This document shows, piece by piece, positions 10,255 to 24,100 of a stretch of 64,000 nt of DNA. Every line of letters begins with the position of its first letter. The first letter of the stretch is position 1. The translations under genes and the position numbers were made by a program. The notes under the pieces were generated by a model. It was not told the origin of the DNA, made no database searches, and saw nothing but the letters and a program-made list of their open reading frames with translations. The DNA lies in assembly GCA_900088475.1 (NCBI GenBank), contig FLMG01003917.1:91669-155668 (forward strand), read 5' to 3'. The DNA is from Hyphochytrium catenoides (taxonomy: Eukaryota > Protista > Hyphochytriomycota).

Positions 10255-11806
10255 ATGTTGAGGGCTACCGTGCGCTTTGCTACTTGCTTCCCCGCAAGGC
10301 GGTCAGCTTTGCAGCGACTTGCTGTCTCTCGACGACAGAGCTTCGTCCGGTCAATATCTGAGGCAGTGCAGGAGCCGCCATGCCCTGTAGTAGACAGTAG
10401 AGGTAAGTCTGCGAACCGGCTTGAAGAGAACGAGAAGATCTTCTTCTGCTTCTCAACGTATATCTCACCCATCTTTGGGTCTAGGCGTGAAAAATCATTG
10501 CTGGGCCTGTGGGCAGAACCTTAGCCACTGCGACTTCTTTTGTTGCTCTTGCGGCAAGCTCCAACCACGGGGCGAGAGTCCGGCCTGCTCCTACTTTCTC
10601 CTGCTGGCAATGTAAGGCGGTGCATCATAATATGTCAAATTGCCTGTGTTGTTCGGCCTTCCAGGACTTAGACAGAGCATAGATGTGACAAGTTGGTGGC
10701 TTCTTCTCTCGTCTCAGATCTCCTTTCGCTGTCTCGCGGCCAAATCTCTGTTTGTGTCATTCGTTGCCTCATTGCCATATGTTTCTGACCGCTTTACCAG
10801 GCCTGAGAAGTTCAAGATCGACGTAGCAGAGCTAGAGAAGCATTATAAAGGTCTCCAGTCCAGAGTCCATCCGGACATCCATGGCCTAAAGTCTGAGGTG
10901 AGAGACACTAGTAGAGGTCAAAGACGGCATCTAAAGGCAAGAAAGTAGCATGAACGTTCTCATTTAGAGAGGACATCATAGTCTAGCATAAAGCATGTTT
11001 GGTACGCTGAAGATGAGAAACAGACAGAAGGGTGGTAAGGAGATCGAGAAGGAGTCGAAGTGAAGGCTCTGATGGAAGAAAGTGTTACCTTGTACTGACA
11101 TACAAAGACAGGCGGAAAGAGAATACTCAGCCAAGAACTCTGCTTGCATCAACAAAGCGTACGAGGTGTTGAGACATCCAAATCTCCGGATCAACTACCT
11201 GGTAAGGCGGTCAGATACAAACCTTGCGGAGAAGGGAAACAGATGGGAACATAAAGCTTAATCGGCTTGGAAGTTAGGCCATAGGATGGCGTGTCAATGC
11301 AAGATTCTCGCTCTAACTCCTTTCTGGACCTCACAGCTGAAGAGACAGGGTATTGACGCCGTATCGGAGGGCGGGAGGACAAATGTGTGCCCAATGCTGC
11401 TCATGCATGTTATGGAGCAAAGGTACGACCTTCTCCTACCGCTGCACTATGGACATAATAGATAGGAAGAATAGGATAGCAGGGCTCCGCAGGAAAGCGT
11501 AAGCCAACAGCTGGGCCATTCTGTCAGAGTTGTGTTGCTCCCCGTTATGCCAGTGGTGGCACAGACTATGGGTAGCTAATCTGGACTTGCTTTTTGTCTA
11601 GAGAGAGGATTCAGGACGCAAACAAGGTGCAAGAGCTGCAGCAGATTAAGGAGGAGAACCAGAAGGAGATTGATGAGTGCTTGCAAGCTATAGAAAAGGC
11701 CTATGATAGAGATCGGGACCTCGCCGCGGCTGAAGCCTTGGCTGTACGTCTGCAGTACCTAACAAAGATAGCCTCAGAGATCAGAGACAAGGAGCTGGAC
11801 GTCTAG
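10255..11806 (+). CDS. HSCB: Mitochondrial Fe-S cluster co-chaperone HscB/Hsc20/Jac1 (about 6 exons)
   Basis: Arg/Ser-rich presequence-like N-terminus MLRATVRF..., CWACG...FCCSCGKLQP zinc finger, J-domain HPD (RVHPD), INKAYEVLRHPNLRINYL and C-terminal RLQYLTKI. Confidence 0.92.
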
Positions 11807-11972
11807 CTGAACCATGCCAACAGCAAAGTGCGGGCATAGAGAAAGCGCACGGGCGATGCGGCGTGCCAAGGATATTATTGCTTATCGGAAAGAGCAGACA
11901 CGTGTATCTGTCGTTAATTTATATGGAAGGTGATTGTTACATCTTCCCATCTATTGCATTGCCCTTCGCCTG

Positions 11973-14900
11973 TCAGCTCAGTTGGGGCTGGCCAGCCAGG
12001 TGCCTCTCGTCACCTAAAGATTGGCTCTTCTCAGCAGCTCCTATCTTTCCGTCTGACAAGTCAGTAGTGTTCTCTACCTCTGCTTGATGCTCACTAGTCT
12101 CGGCTAAACCTTCCTGGCCCTTGAGGCGAATACTAAGGGCAGCCGGAAGCGGAACAGCGGTAGGTGATCCAGGAGAAAGAAAGGCGGCCTTCGGAGAAAG
12201 AGAGGAGTTCAAGGGTCCATGTCTGGACGGAGCCATAGCTAGCTTTTTGGGCTCCTCCAGAGGCGGAATGGTGATCTTCTTCCTGCCATCAGCCTCTTTC
12301 TTCGTCTCCGTTTTCATCTCGCCATTTAGAGATGCAGTTCCATTTGTCGTCACGCCATTATGTGACTCCTCTGTTCCCTGAACCTTCGAGGCTACCGATG
12401 GGCTTGGGCCTTGTTCCTCCTCCTTTGGCTTGTCGATCCTCTCACCCTCGTTAATGTGTTGTACCACGTCCTGCTCTTTCACGTTGTGTCCCTGTTGAAA
12501 GCTCTCTCTCTCTTCCTGACTTCCGTTTTCTTCATCTTGGCTGTTGCCTCCATCTCCGTTTCCGTCTAGTGGTGCTGTGCTTCTTCGCAGGGCCCGTCGC
12601 TCTCGCTCTTGTCGTCTCTTCTCCTCTTCTGCCGCTGCTGCTTCTCTCTCGGCGATAGCAGCCGCTTCCTATGTCATTTGGAGCCCAGTGAGAATCAGGG
12701 CGTGAGTCGACTTATCAATTGAAAGGGGATGTTGTTGCCTTCGTAAGAAATGACAGAAATCGCGTTGCTTGAAAGTGAAAATGAGGGTGGTAGAAGGTAG
12801 CTGAAAGAGAGGGAAAGCCGAATGCCTGAGATCGCTTCGGATAGCTGATCGCAAGAAGCAAGAGAAAGTGTCGAACAGGAGATAACAGAGCTTGCTCACA
12901 TCTTCAGCTTGCTGTCGCCGAAGGCGTCGTTGTTCCTTCTCCCGGCGGAGCCGTTCTTTCTCTTCTTCTTCCTTTCTCTTCTTCTCTTCCTCCTTAGCTT
13001 TTTTCTCCTCCTGCTTCTGGATTGCCAGAAGGCGTCTTCTTTCCAGTTCTCGCTCTGTCTCTTTCTTCCGTCGCTCCATTTCTATAACGGACGTTACGCG
13101 AGAGCATCAGCATCGCGACGAAGTTTGGGATTAGATGATCAAGGAGCAAAAAAAGGAAGTTTGTTAGACAAACAGTGGTTCTTCTTACCCTCTTGTCTCA
13201 GTTTCTCCTCCATCTCCTCTTTTTTCCTGTCAGCTTCAAATTGTTCTACTTTTTTGACCTGAATGCGTTCTGAGCGCTTCCGTGGCATCGCCTCTATTAA
13301 CGCCTGTGGCAATTAGAGACGAGAGAGACAAAAGACGGAGCAACCAAGCGATAAGAAAGTAGGGGCGGAGGATAAAGACAACGTCAGGATAATGGGGAGC
13401 GTTCCTAGTAATGCATACAGTCAAGCGAAGAGCTTCTAGCGCTACATACAGTCAGCTTTCGTTATCATATGGAGGTGGCCTTAGGACGTAAGAGTTCCAC
13501 TCGACGTTAAGTGATTAAACGACAGAGAACCTCAGCGTGAGGGATAGCCACAACAGATGATGTGTTACCTTTTTCTTTTCTCTCTCTACTTGCTTTTCAA
13601 GTTCCAGTCTATCTTGGTGCAATGACTCGATAATTTGCTAGACAAAGACCGCATCGAGGGGACGATCAGAGACATTGTAAATTAAGAGGATTGAAGAAGG
13701 GAATCATGCCAATCAAAGCAAGAAATGCACCTAGGAGACGGACCCAAAGTTTGCGCGAAGGGCAACGGAGGTAAACCAAACAGATGCTTGAGAACCGCTC
13801 GGTCCGCCTATCCAGCTTGGTCTCCTTCTCTTCAACCCAGCTTTGCCGTCCCTCTCGTCTTTTGTCCCTGCCACCTACCGAAAGAGCGTCTCTAAGATCC
13901 GTCTCCTTGCTTTTCTGTGACTTCGTTCTATCGTGTAAGCTCTCGTGGAAGCGGCTAATACTCTCCAAACCCTTAGCCCAGAGAGTCCAATGAAGGACCA
14001 CATCTCCCTCTCCGTCTTCCTTCGCGCAGTACATTGGGTCTACTCGCCGGTAGAGCCGCTGGTCCTAAAGAAAGTCACTGTAAGAAGCTTGTTCTTTCAT
14101 CATGGCTCCCTGCAGCGCGGTATTTTTCTCTCTCGTGCCGAGGAGGTTCTCTTTGTCATCTGTAGCCTATCTCTCTCGCTTTCTAGGAGCCACTGGCGGT
14201 TTGCTATGTACCTTGAAGAATTGTGGGAACCAGAAGTATTCGCATCCATTAACGTCCGTACCAATTGGGGCAACACGTATGTCTTCTTCCTCCATACCAC
14301 GAATAAGGCCCCTGAACAGACAGTGCAATCAGCCTCAAACAAGAAAGGTCAAAAGTAGGTCTCGCTTCAAGAAGCGAGGGTTGCAGGTGGACTTACGGGT
14401 TCTCTCCCCTCTGAGCGACGCATTCGACTAATGCATAGAAGACTTTGACCCTTAAATCCACGCTGAGATCCTTGAACTCCTTGTCCTAAATATCGGCCAC
14501 CCATCGGGCAAGCCATGGAGTGGTGACAAAGGGTGAAAGTTAGAAGACGAAGAAACATATGGAGCAATCAAGACAAGAATGGGGCTAGCCAAATATGATC
14601 TCTAAAATAAGTATCCTGTCGAATGGCAACCCGTTCAAAGGATCGCATGAGGCCAGAAGAGAAATGCCGAAGGCAAGAAGAGCTCTGGGTGATGGAAAAG
14701 ACGAAGAAAATATGTGCCTCTAGTTCCCTACGCAACAATAAGCGCAGAAGAAAGGAAGTGATAAAGGGAAACCTGGAGAACCGTTCACTCCGAGAGTCTC
14801 TCTGTTCATATGGAGACAGGTAATGAGAGCCGAAGACGGAGGATAGATGATAGGCACGTAGGCAGCAGAAGAGATTGGACCGTCCAAACGCTACCTTGAG

Positions 14901-16524
14901 AGGTGGATCCTCTCCTAAAGGCTTCAGTCTGTGCTTCAATAAATCTAAGCGGTCCAACTCTTCGGGAGTCAAATCTTCTAATTCCTTATCTTCTTCTTCC
15001 ACCTCTTCTTCTCTTTCTTCTTGTTCTTCCTCTTCACTGTCCTCCCTTTCCGCAGCAGGTTTGTCTTCTCTTTCCTGGATTTCCTTGGTCTTTATCTTCT
15101 CTCCACTCTTCTCTCGTAGCCTGTCATACTCTGTGTACCACTCTTCCATCTCCTCCTTTAGGTCCTGGTGCCAGCGCTGGTACGCGAGCCCTAGCCCAAC
15201 GCTGAGGCGGTCTCTGTCTTTCTTGTCTCGAAGAAGCAGTTTCGTGAAAACATCCTCCATTGTTGGACTAGTGGTTGGGGCAAGGAGGCCCATCTGCTCT
15301 CAGTCAGTACGGGCGCAACGTTAGAATGCGGGGCCAGACCAGGACATAACACGGGCCGTGAGGCAGACAGAGAGAGAGAGGAACAGACTCTGAGGAAAAT
15401 GGAGAGAACAAGCCGGAGAGGAGCGAATAGAGGAAGAGAGAGAGCGTACTACAAGTAAAGCAAAGATCAAGTGCCTTTGGCTCCGTCAGAGTAATAAGGG
15501 AAGAGAGACACCGAATGAGGTAATGTATCACCTCTATCTCCTGTAGAGTATAAGCTTTGATCCTCAGTGAGTTCTGGAGGAGCCAAAGTACGTGGCAGGC
15601 TGACGGGAGTTGCCACATGTTTCGCAGGGTTTCTACGTCTGTCAAATCTGCAGCGAGTCGAGTAGAAGAAGACAACGATGATCAGGAGGACAAGCAAGAA
15701 GATGATGTCAAAGACACGGGCATCCAGATATCAATATTAGTGGCGGCCAGCCATATGTGGCTGCAAGAAGGGTGACAGTTAACGAGATAAAGAAACGAAG
15801 ACGGTCGAGTGGACGACGAGAAGTGCAGTCGAGAAGTGCGATACTTTTCCTCGATAAACACTGGTAGGAAAGAAGGCAAGGCAGGAAGAGCGGTCGTTCA
15901 AAGGGAAGGAAGAGAGCACGGCAAGTCCTAGAGGAGCGAAACTGTATGTCGCTTGAAGAAAGACCTCATATTGGGACACGGGTATACAGGGCACGGCAGC
16001 GCTTCCTCACCATACTCCTGACCAAAGAGACTGGAACCATCTTCCTCAAAGAAAGGCTTCATCTCCGCAATGGCCTTGGTCCTCTTCGCAACAGCGGAGC
16101 TTGCTCTGTGAGATATGGTCGTAGACTCTGCATCTTCGCTGCCATCCTCGTCTTCATCAACTCCCTTCTTCCTTTTGCCAAGGCTCCCCTTTTTCCCCTT
16201 GTCCTTGGCGGATGAAGGCGCTTCCTTTCTCCTTTTAGAGGCGGGCTCTGTCTTAGGGGTCTCTACCTTAGCTGCCCTTCTTGGAGTCGTTCGGGTCGGG
16301 GTTGATGGTTTCTTAACCTGTACCCCTTTCCTGGGAGTTGAAGCGCCAGAGATTTGAAGAGAGGTTCTACGTTCCTTCGCCCCCTTCTCAGCCTTCACGG
16401 GTTCATTCAAAGCAGCACTATCACGCTTTAATGGCGACTTAAATGGGGTAGCTCCGCTTGGTGGTGCACCAAACGACAAGCGGTCTGGCGCCTTTCGATC
16501 TCTTTTGGGTCTTGATTCCGCCAT
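11973..16524 (-). CDS. DDT-WHIM1-WSD domain protein (ISWI chromatin-remodeller partner, CECR2/RSF1/Ioc3-like), multi-exon
   Basis: LRNMWQLPSACHVLWLLQNSLRIKAYTLQEIE (DDT), FKDLSVDLRVKVFYALVE (WHIM1), IRVAPIGTDVNGCEYFWFP (WHIM2/WSD), a basic N-terminus and a coiled-coil C-terminal half. Confidence 0.72.
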
Positions 16525-16953
16525 CGTCCCTTAAAACCCTTAGCTGCACACAAGTCGGCCTCCCAAAGAGCCGTCGGCCTACTTCATAGACTCCAATATT
16601 CCGCCTATCAAATACAGTCTTCCAGCGGGAGACTCACAGCTCTTCAGAAGCTCATCACTTATTTATGAAGATTTTGGCGCCAAGTGAAGCTCCGTAGGGG
16701 AGGCGATGATGGAGACCAAACAGAGATCAGACGGCAGACGGCAGCCTCAACAGCCGTTAGCGCCTATATTGGCAGGTTTGCTGATGCAGTAACCGATTGA
16801 GAAAGTTATAGATAATCAAAGCTGGGAGCAATTGTGATTCTTTTCAAACCTTCCGTCCCGCCAACGTTGCAAGAGATTGTTTACAGTCGTTCTTTCAAAG
16901 GAACTATGGCGTACTTTCTCAAGTAAAAGCCCTATCGTCTTCTTTCTGTTCGT

Positions 16954-16965
16954 CCTCTCTCTCTC

Positions 16966-17025
<60 letters not shown>

Positions 17026-17245
17026 TTTCCTTCTCTCTCTCTCTCTCTCCCTTTCCTCCTTTGTCTGTTTGCCAGTCTCTCTCACATACTCCAACCCCTC
17101 TTTCTCTCTGTCTCTCTCTCAGTCTGTCTCTTTCTTTCTCTCTCTCTCTCTTTCTTTCTCTCTCTCTCTCTCTCTTTCTCTCCTTTCTCTGCCTCTCTTT
17201 CTCTCTCTCTCTCTCGTTGGCTCTCTCTCTCTCTCTCTCTCTCTA
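16954..17245 (+). repeat. (CT)n microsatellite array between the divergent DDT gene and GCNA
   Basis: Directly visible. A (GA)n run follows at ~17568-17613. Confidence 0.95.
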
Positions 17246-17567
17246 CTTATATAGCGATGTCTTCCACTACAGCTCAGTCTATCTCTCTCCTTGTCTGTCC
17301 GGACTCGCTCAGTCTCCCTTCTCCTCTCTCTCGGCAAGCATTCTCCAGCATCCTCTCTCCGTCTGTCACGCTGTCTGTTCTGTCTCCTCTTCTTCCCCCC
17401 TACGGCACTGGTCTGATGATTGCTGCTACACTTGCTCCACCGGCCCACTGCCTCTCTTCTTGACATCGCCAGAGGAGGAATGGAAGCAACAGCTGAAGCA
17501 ACTTGGAGAGAGGACGACGCGGAAGCCCGTTAGGCGAGAGGCAGAGCAGCTGGTTCTGGGAAGAGGA

Positions 17568-17618
<51 letters not shown>

Positions 17619-17778
17619 ACGCAAAAAGGAGTGAGAGCAGGACGACCATCAAGCGAACACAAGAAAAAAAGAAAAGTAAACACCTCTGATAGCGGAAGGA
17701 AGATAGCTCGATTGACAGGAACAACTTTGTAAGAAGAACGACACGCTAGCCGCCAGGAACTTGTTCTCTTCTCGGTCG

Positions 17779-20572
17779 ATGGCGGAGGACGCAGAGCCAG
17801 GAGATGACACGAGAAGGCGGTAGGAGCTCGCCAACCCCTAACGTAGCCTTCCTTATGCGCTTGCCATCTATGACGTGCTTCTCTCTCTTTACCCTCTTTG
17901 CATTGCCTTTATGTTCTCCTAGCTGCTCTGCTCTCCTCCCCAAGTTTCCTGATGCTCCTCCCAGTGTAACAGCACTCTTTCGAGAGCTGGATTTCATCTA
18001 TGGCTGGTCGAGTCTTCCAGAAGTCTGGCCAGCGAATGAACAAATCCACCTGGAAGACTTGATGGCGTCGTCCAGCCTGCTGGAAAGGAGCGCAACGGAC
18101 GATGAGAGTCTGGGAAGAGCGGAAGAGGGCACACAAGGACCAGAAGACGACGAGGAAGGGCTCGTGGCAAGCGATGGATCCTTCGACTATTATACTGCCC
18201 CGTCCGAGGAGGAAGAAGAAGGGATACTGGGGGTGAAGCTCGGAAAGAACGATGGCGGAAGCAGCCCGGTGGCACAGGATCTCTGCCCTGGTCTAGTGGC
18301 TCTTGAGATAGCTGAGGGAGGAAAGAGACAAAGCCATGTTACGCCAGAGAGAGAATATGCAAACAACGCGGGAGCGAGCGAGGAACCGCTAGGAGAGAGG
18401 CAGCCGCTACCGAAAGCTTTAGAAGAAGAAGGTCCAGTGGACGTCGCCCCAAGCACTCCTATGATGACAATAAGACGTCCAGCGACAGAGGAAGAAATGC
18501 GTGGCAGACAAGGATCTGATACTGACAGTCGTAGTCCCTCAGACCTGAGGTGTGAGCTCTTCCTCCCTCTTCTCCCTCCATTTGCTCTTGCGTGTGATGG
18601 TGCTCGACCTAATCTTTGCTGTCTCTGCCCTCCTCTTTACGGGTTCACCTCGCCTCTTTGCTTCTCTCTTCCCGCTGTATCCAAAGATGATTGAAGGACC
18701 TTATTTACTTCTCTTGAGCAATACTCTCCCTTGTGTGCGGTACACTCCTCTCCCATCGTTTCCGGCGAGACTGCTAAACTTGACTTCCTCCAGTGCGCAT
18801 TCTCCGGAGCTCTTCACGCCCCGTCAAACCCCGAGCAGAGCGAGAAGAAACAGGTTCATCATCTACTCAGATAGCGAAGATGAACGGTCAGGAGGAGATA
18901 ATGACATCGTAGAGCTTAGCAGGTGATGTGTCCTGAGCACACTCAAATGCTCCTGCTGGGGACCGTTAGTCAATGGTTATCCTGCCGCTTTCTCGTCAAT
19001 AGCCAATGCGGGCAACTCATGCTTCCCACTCGCTATTCCTCAGACTCCATTGATGCTAACGTTACTGCCATCGGCGTAGATCACCGTCTCCCAGGCGACC
19101 GCGAAGCGTTCGGAAACGAAATGTAGTGGATAAAGACTCATCGGACGACGGAGAGACCGAGACTTTCAAGGAAAATGTTAGTCCTAGGGCAGAGGCTACC
19201 AAAAGGCCTACATTCCCGGCACCCCGCTCAGCGCTGCCGAGGAAGGGGCAAACCCCTTCCAAGCGCGCATTCACAGCCATGAGGTGGGGAGAGGGTGACG
19301 CATAGGAAAGGTAGACGGTGCCAGAGATGAAGAGGAATGTTGTGGAAGACAGCTGAAGGACAGGAAGAAGGAAGAGAAGGAAGTTCTTAGTAGAGTTTGG
19401 CCTCTCACACTTTCACACATTTCTGATCGGATTGCGCTCTCGCTTTTTCCTCAGAAACGTTCTTACGAGCACCTTTCTCTCTGAGTTCCTCTCCACCGTG
19501 TTTGGAGGTCGCATCTGCGCAGAGAATGTGCCTATTAGCTGGTCCAAGCGGCTTACCAAGACGGCGGGGCTTACCTATACGAAGAGGACAATCAGGGGAG
19601 ATTCCTGGGGCTACGGGGCCAGGATAGAGCTCTCGGAGAAAGTGATAGACACAGAGGACAAATTGAGACAGGTGAGAGGAAGAGAAGGAGAAGCTAAAGG
19701 ACAATGAATGAAGAAGGAATTTCTTTGACTCTGAACCGCCTCTCTCTTTCCTTAACCCCTTCTCTCTTGTTAATCTCCTCTGTCATATCACACAGACACT
19801 GCTTCACGAGCTGTGCCACGTGGCTGCCTGGCTCGTAGACCATCAGCAGAAACCTCCGCATGGTCCTGCCTTTTGGCGTTGGGCGGAGAAGGCGACTTCT
19901 GCGTATCCTTCGCTCTCTGTGTCACGCTGCCACAACTATGAGATCCAGTACAAGTTCCGATACCAATGTCAGGGGTGTGGAGCCGTCATTGGAAGGCATA
20001 GCAAGTCCATTGATGTCGAAAGAAAGGTGCAAGACCTTGCGGAAGATAATCATCTATCTGTCCATTCCTTCCTCTGTCTCCCAGCTCACATATTCGAAGT
20101 AATGTTCTGGTTCTCTGGTCCTCTCTCTCGCATTATCATTGGCACTGTTTTTCCCTTGTCGGTCACGCTTCCTGTTGACGCTTTGGTGTAGGTCTGTGCC
20201 TCCTGCCGCGGCAAGCTGGTACTGCTTGGGCCCACTAAAGCAGATGGAACTCCGGGCAAGCGCCGAGCTCCTTCCGCCTTCAGGTTGGACAAACATAATG
20301 CCCATTAGTGACTCTACACCCATGCCCCAACTTACTTTTCATATGTTCTCTTCTCCCATTTCTCCGGCCCCTACCCCGCGCGCTCTCTCGTCCCCTTGGC
20401 CCAATGGCCGTCTCCCTTGTTTCGCTGTTGGCGCAGTCTCTTCGTCCAGGAGAACTATGGGAAGGTGAAAGCTTCAGGGGGCGGCGATGGTGAGGAGGAT
20501 GTGAAGAAGCTTGATCATGCAGATGTCATGCGAATCCTTTCTCTTCGATGGAAAGCCGCTAACGGCGGCTAG
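17779..20572 (+). CDS. GCNA: GCNA/ACRC-like acidic disordered protein with SprT metalloprotease, zinc ribbon and HMG-like box
   Basis: Acidic low-complexity N-terminus, ISWSKRLTKTAG, IELSEKVID...TLLHELCH (HExxH)...HGPAF, YQCQGCG...VCASCRG and C-terminal FVQENY...HADVMRILSLRWK. Stop TAG at 20570-20572. Confidence 0.88.
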
Positions 20573-20694
20573 TGGCTACATCTGAGATAAAATGTATATA
20601 TATTTGGTAATAACGGCATCTTGTTGCGATAATATTTCTAATAATGAAGCGGTTTGCTCAATTTTCAAAAGTTTTCTGAGAAAGTGTGTTCATT

Positions 20695-20695
<1 letters not shown>

Positions 20696-20755
<60 letters not shown>

Positions 20756-20772
20756 TTCCTCCCCTTTCTCTT
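20696..20772 (+). repeat. (CT)n microsatellite
   Basis: Directly visible, upstream of the ankyrin gene. Confidence 0.95.
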
Positions 20773-21152
20773 CCTAGGCTCTCTCCCGCTTGAGCCTTGC
20801 CCCTCCCTAGCTGTCTTTCTCGTCTTCTTCGGAGGGGTTGGCTCTACGAAGCAGCAACAAAGTCCTGGCAGGAAGTTGATCTGCTTCTTGAGACAGCAGA
20901 AGACAAGCCGTCAATCCTGCTCTACCCTTCTCTCCCTTCCATTTTTCTCAGTCCTCTAGTTTATACTCTGCAGAACGAGTCTTCGCTGCTGCAGCTAGAA
21001 GATCACTATCTCCTTTCTTCCCGCTCACTTTTTACACTCTTCTTGCTCTCGAGCGGAGCTGTGCTTCTATCTTCTAGGTCAGACCTACCACTCTTCTCTC
21101 ACTGACTTCTCTCTTTCGTCTCCTTCTTCCTACTTCCTCTTGATGAGAACGG

Positions 21153-24100
21153 ATGATGTCTCCTCCCCCTCTAAGCGCAGATAGGATGGACGCCCTAGCG
21201 CCGCCTTCTGCTGACAGTTCTCCGGACAGCGTGACCGAACTCTCACGTATTATCGGCGATCTCAAGCTTAACGTCCAGAACATTAGTCGGCTAGTGAAAG
21301 AAGGAGGAAAGGATGAGCTCGAAGAGACGCCCAGTCAAGCTTCTCCGTGAGCCAAGCACTCTGTCTTTCTCTTCCTGTCTCTTTATAAATATGGGGTTTT
21401 GGCTTTGGCATCTCTTTAGCTTTTTGATGTCCTGCACGCTTCTCTTTCCTTAGCTGTCTTCCTCTGTACCAACTAAACGTACTCCTCACAGTCCTAGTAA
21501 CAGAAGAGTTAGACCAATTCAGGAGAATGGAGAGGAGGCCAAAGCTGCAGCGATGGAGCTTCAGCGCAGACTCATAGCCCACGAGGCGGAGATCGCCGCC
21601 CTTAGGAAGCAGGTAAAGAACGGGGAAAAGAGGAGAGAAGGAGGAGACGACGAATAGGGAAGAATGGGTGCCTGGGGATTTGGAGAGAGAAGAAGGGAGA
21701 GACCCCAATGTTCTACGTAGACAGCGCTATTGGTCCTTGGAATGTAGACCGAGCGATAGGCAAAGCGAGAACGGAGGCTAGGAAGTAGACACTGAGGCCA
21801 GTGTCTTCTGACTTCTTTGGAAAGAGCTGGGCTTGCAGGAGAAAGCGAGCTCAGGACTCCGGACTAACCCCTCTCTCGCATCCTCCTCTCCGTCGAGTAG
21901 GTAGCTGAGTTAGTAGCTGACAAGGAGAGAGACGAGGAGATATGTCGGCGGGCAGCAGAGTATAGCACCGGTAAGCTGCGAGAAGGTTAGGATAAACATT
22001 GAAGGAGACGAGTGTGCTCATAGCTTAGTGCAGCGGGTTTCGGGAGAGAGGAAGAACGCGTAAGGAGGTCTTGGTAGGACATATGGAGTATGGGTTAGTA
22101 GCGACAGGAGTTGCTGCCAACGGTGCTAGAAAGAGAGAGGGAAGAATGGGAATGTGAGAGCTGTACAGACCCACAAAAACGAACGGAGCGAAGGGGAGAC
22201 GAACAGGGACGGGAAACGGCCTTCACCAGGCTGCCAAAGGACCCATCAGGCTCGACTCAGTCCTCTTCCTTCAAACTATATCTTTCCCAATCGGTAGCGA
22301 AGAACGTGGCCAATGCTGTGCTCTATAGTCTCTTCAGCTATTGTGTCATGGGAAAGGTCTCGATCCTCCGCGAGTGGAAAGAAAGCGGAGTGCTGCCCAC
22401 AAGAGACGGACTTAAGCACTGGAAGCTAGATGCTAGGACGGTTCGCAATGATGTAGGCGCTAACGAGCCAATAGAGCTCTGCTCACCGTCTCCGTACAAT
22501 TCTTCTCACTTGTCCCTCCTCACGGCGGCGGATCATCTCTGGACACTACTTTGCTCTTTATTTATTGTTCCTACGTATGCTCTTCTCTTCCTTATGCCCT
22601 CCTCTTCATCGAGGAATTGACAAAGCTGCCTCTGCATGGAGGCAGAGGCGTTTCGGCCCTTTGGTCTTTTCTGTCTACCTTGCCCTTCTGTTGCCGGATG
22701 CTACTTCCAAAGTCCTATCTAAGGGTTTCTTTCCACGTGCACCTTAGCACTGAAGTGGTTTTCAGTCTAAATCTTCCGGCGCATGGCGCGTTGACCCTCC
22801 TCGCTAACGACCCGTCTTTCTCTTTTTATTTCTCTCACTCATCCTGCTGTCTATCTAGAACTCTTCCTCCTTGTTGCATGTGGCTGTGGACCAGTCTGTG
22901 GCACCGCAAAAGGCAAAAGAAGCGACCGTCCGCTTCCTAGTAGGAGATGTAGGGATAGATCCTAACATCACCGACATTGTAAGCTCTCTCCTTGGCCTCT
23001 GCCCTAACCCCCTCCGCTGCCTGCTTGGATGGCCTCTTTACTTGTTTAAGTCAAGATCCTTAGAGTTATGTCAGCCGGCGCTCTCTGACGGGTCTTAAGT
23101 TTCAGAGTATGACACGTAACACCATACAGCATCTGATGTCACCATGCTTTTCATTTTCTCTCTTCGTAATGGCAGTTTGGTCGAACTCCATTGCACGTTG
23201 CAGCCGTCAGGGGCCAAGATAGGGTAAGCTCTATGACTTTCCAAAGCCTGGGTCGACACAAATTACTCCCGAAGTTCCAGTGTCGCACCTGCTCTCTTCG
23301 CTCCTTGCTGCGAACCCACCACATCCATGCTCCCTCTCTCCCTTTTTATAATTTGACCTCACTCGCTGCAATTCTGTAGATGTGCGAGGTTCTGGTAGAA
23401 CTCGGAGCAGACGATGCGTTTACAGACAAAGCTGGCTTCACTCCTCTCTCCTTGGCTCTCTCTCTCTCTAACCCACCGGCAGACGTGGTTGAGTTCTTGA
23501 CCAATTGTCTTCAGAAGAGAAACAGTAAGCCGCGAGAGGAACCTTCTCCTGAGCCAGGCACGTCTGGCCAAGAAGAGTCATTCCGCAAGGTACTTTACCT
23601 GTTAAGCCTTAAGAACACCTTTCTCTTGGGGAAAGATGGGGTTGCTTTCCCTTTCGAACAGGCCTGATATATCCATGGGCTGCGCTCAAGGACCGTCCTC
23701 TTCATCTCTTGTCGTCGCCGCGTTTGCTCCCTGTGGCTATGCTTCGCTTGTGTTTATCTCGGTCCTTAGATGGTTACTCACTCTTTCTTGATTTACCCTG
23801 TTTAAGCTGGATGAGAGTGGCTTGGCCTGCCTGACTGAGTTGCGAAGGTGGAAGAGGTTTGTTCGTCCAAACCTGCAGCAAAGATTCGAACGCTCAGTAG
23901 ACCAGATGATGGTGGAAGTATCAGAAGGTGATGTCTCGCAACCTCTTACAACCTAGCTTTAGGTTATGCGACGCTGCAACGCGTGGTATAAGAAGGCCGC
24001 AGCCTTGGAAGTGTTTCATAGTCTTGCATCCGCTTCTCGTTTATCTAGAGACCTTCTAAGTGGAGTGGGAGTGAGAGTGAGGAAGGACCTGACAACGTCT

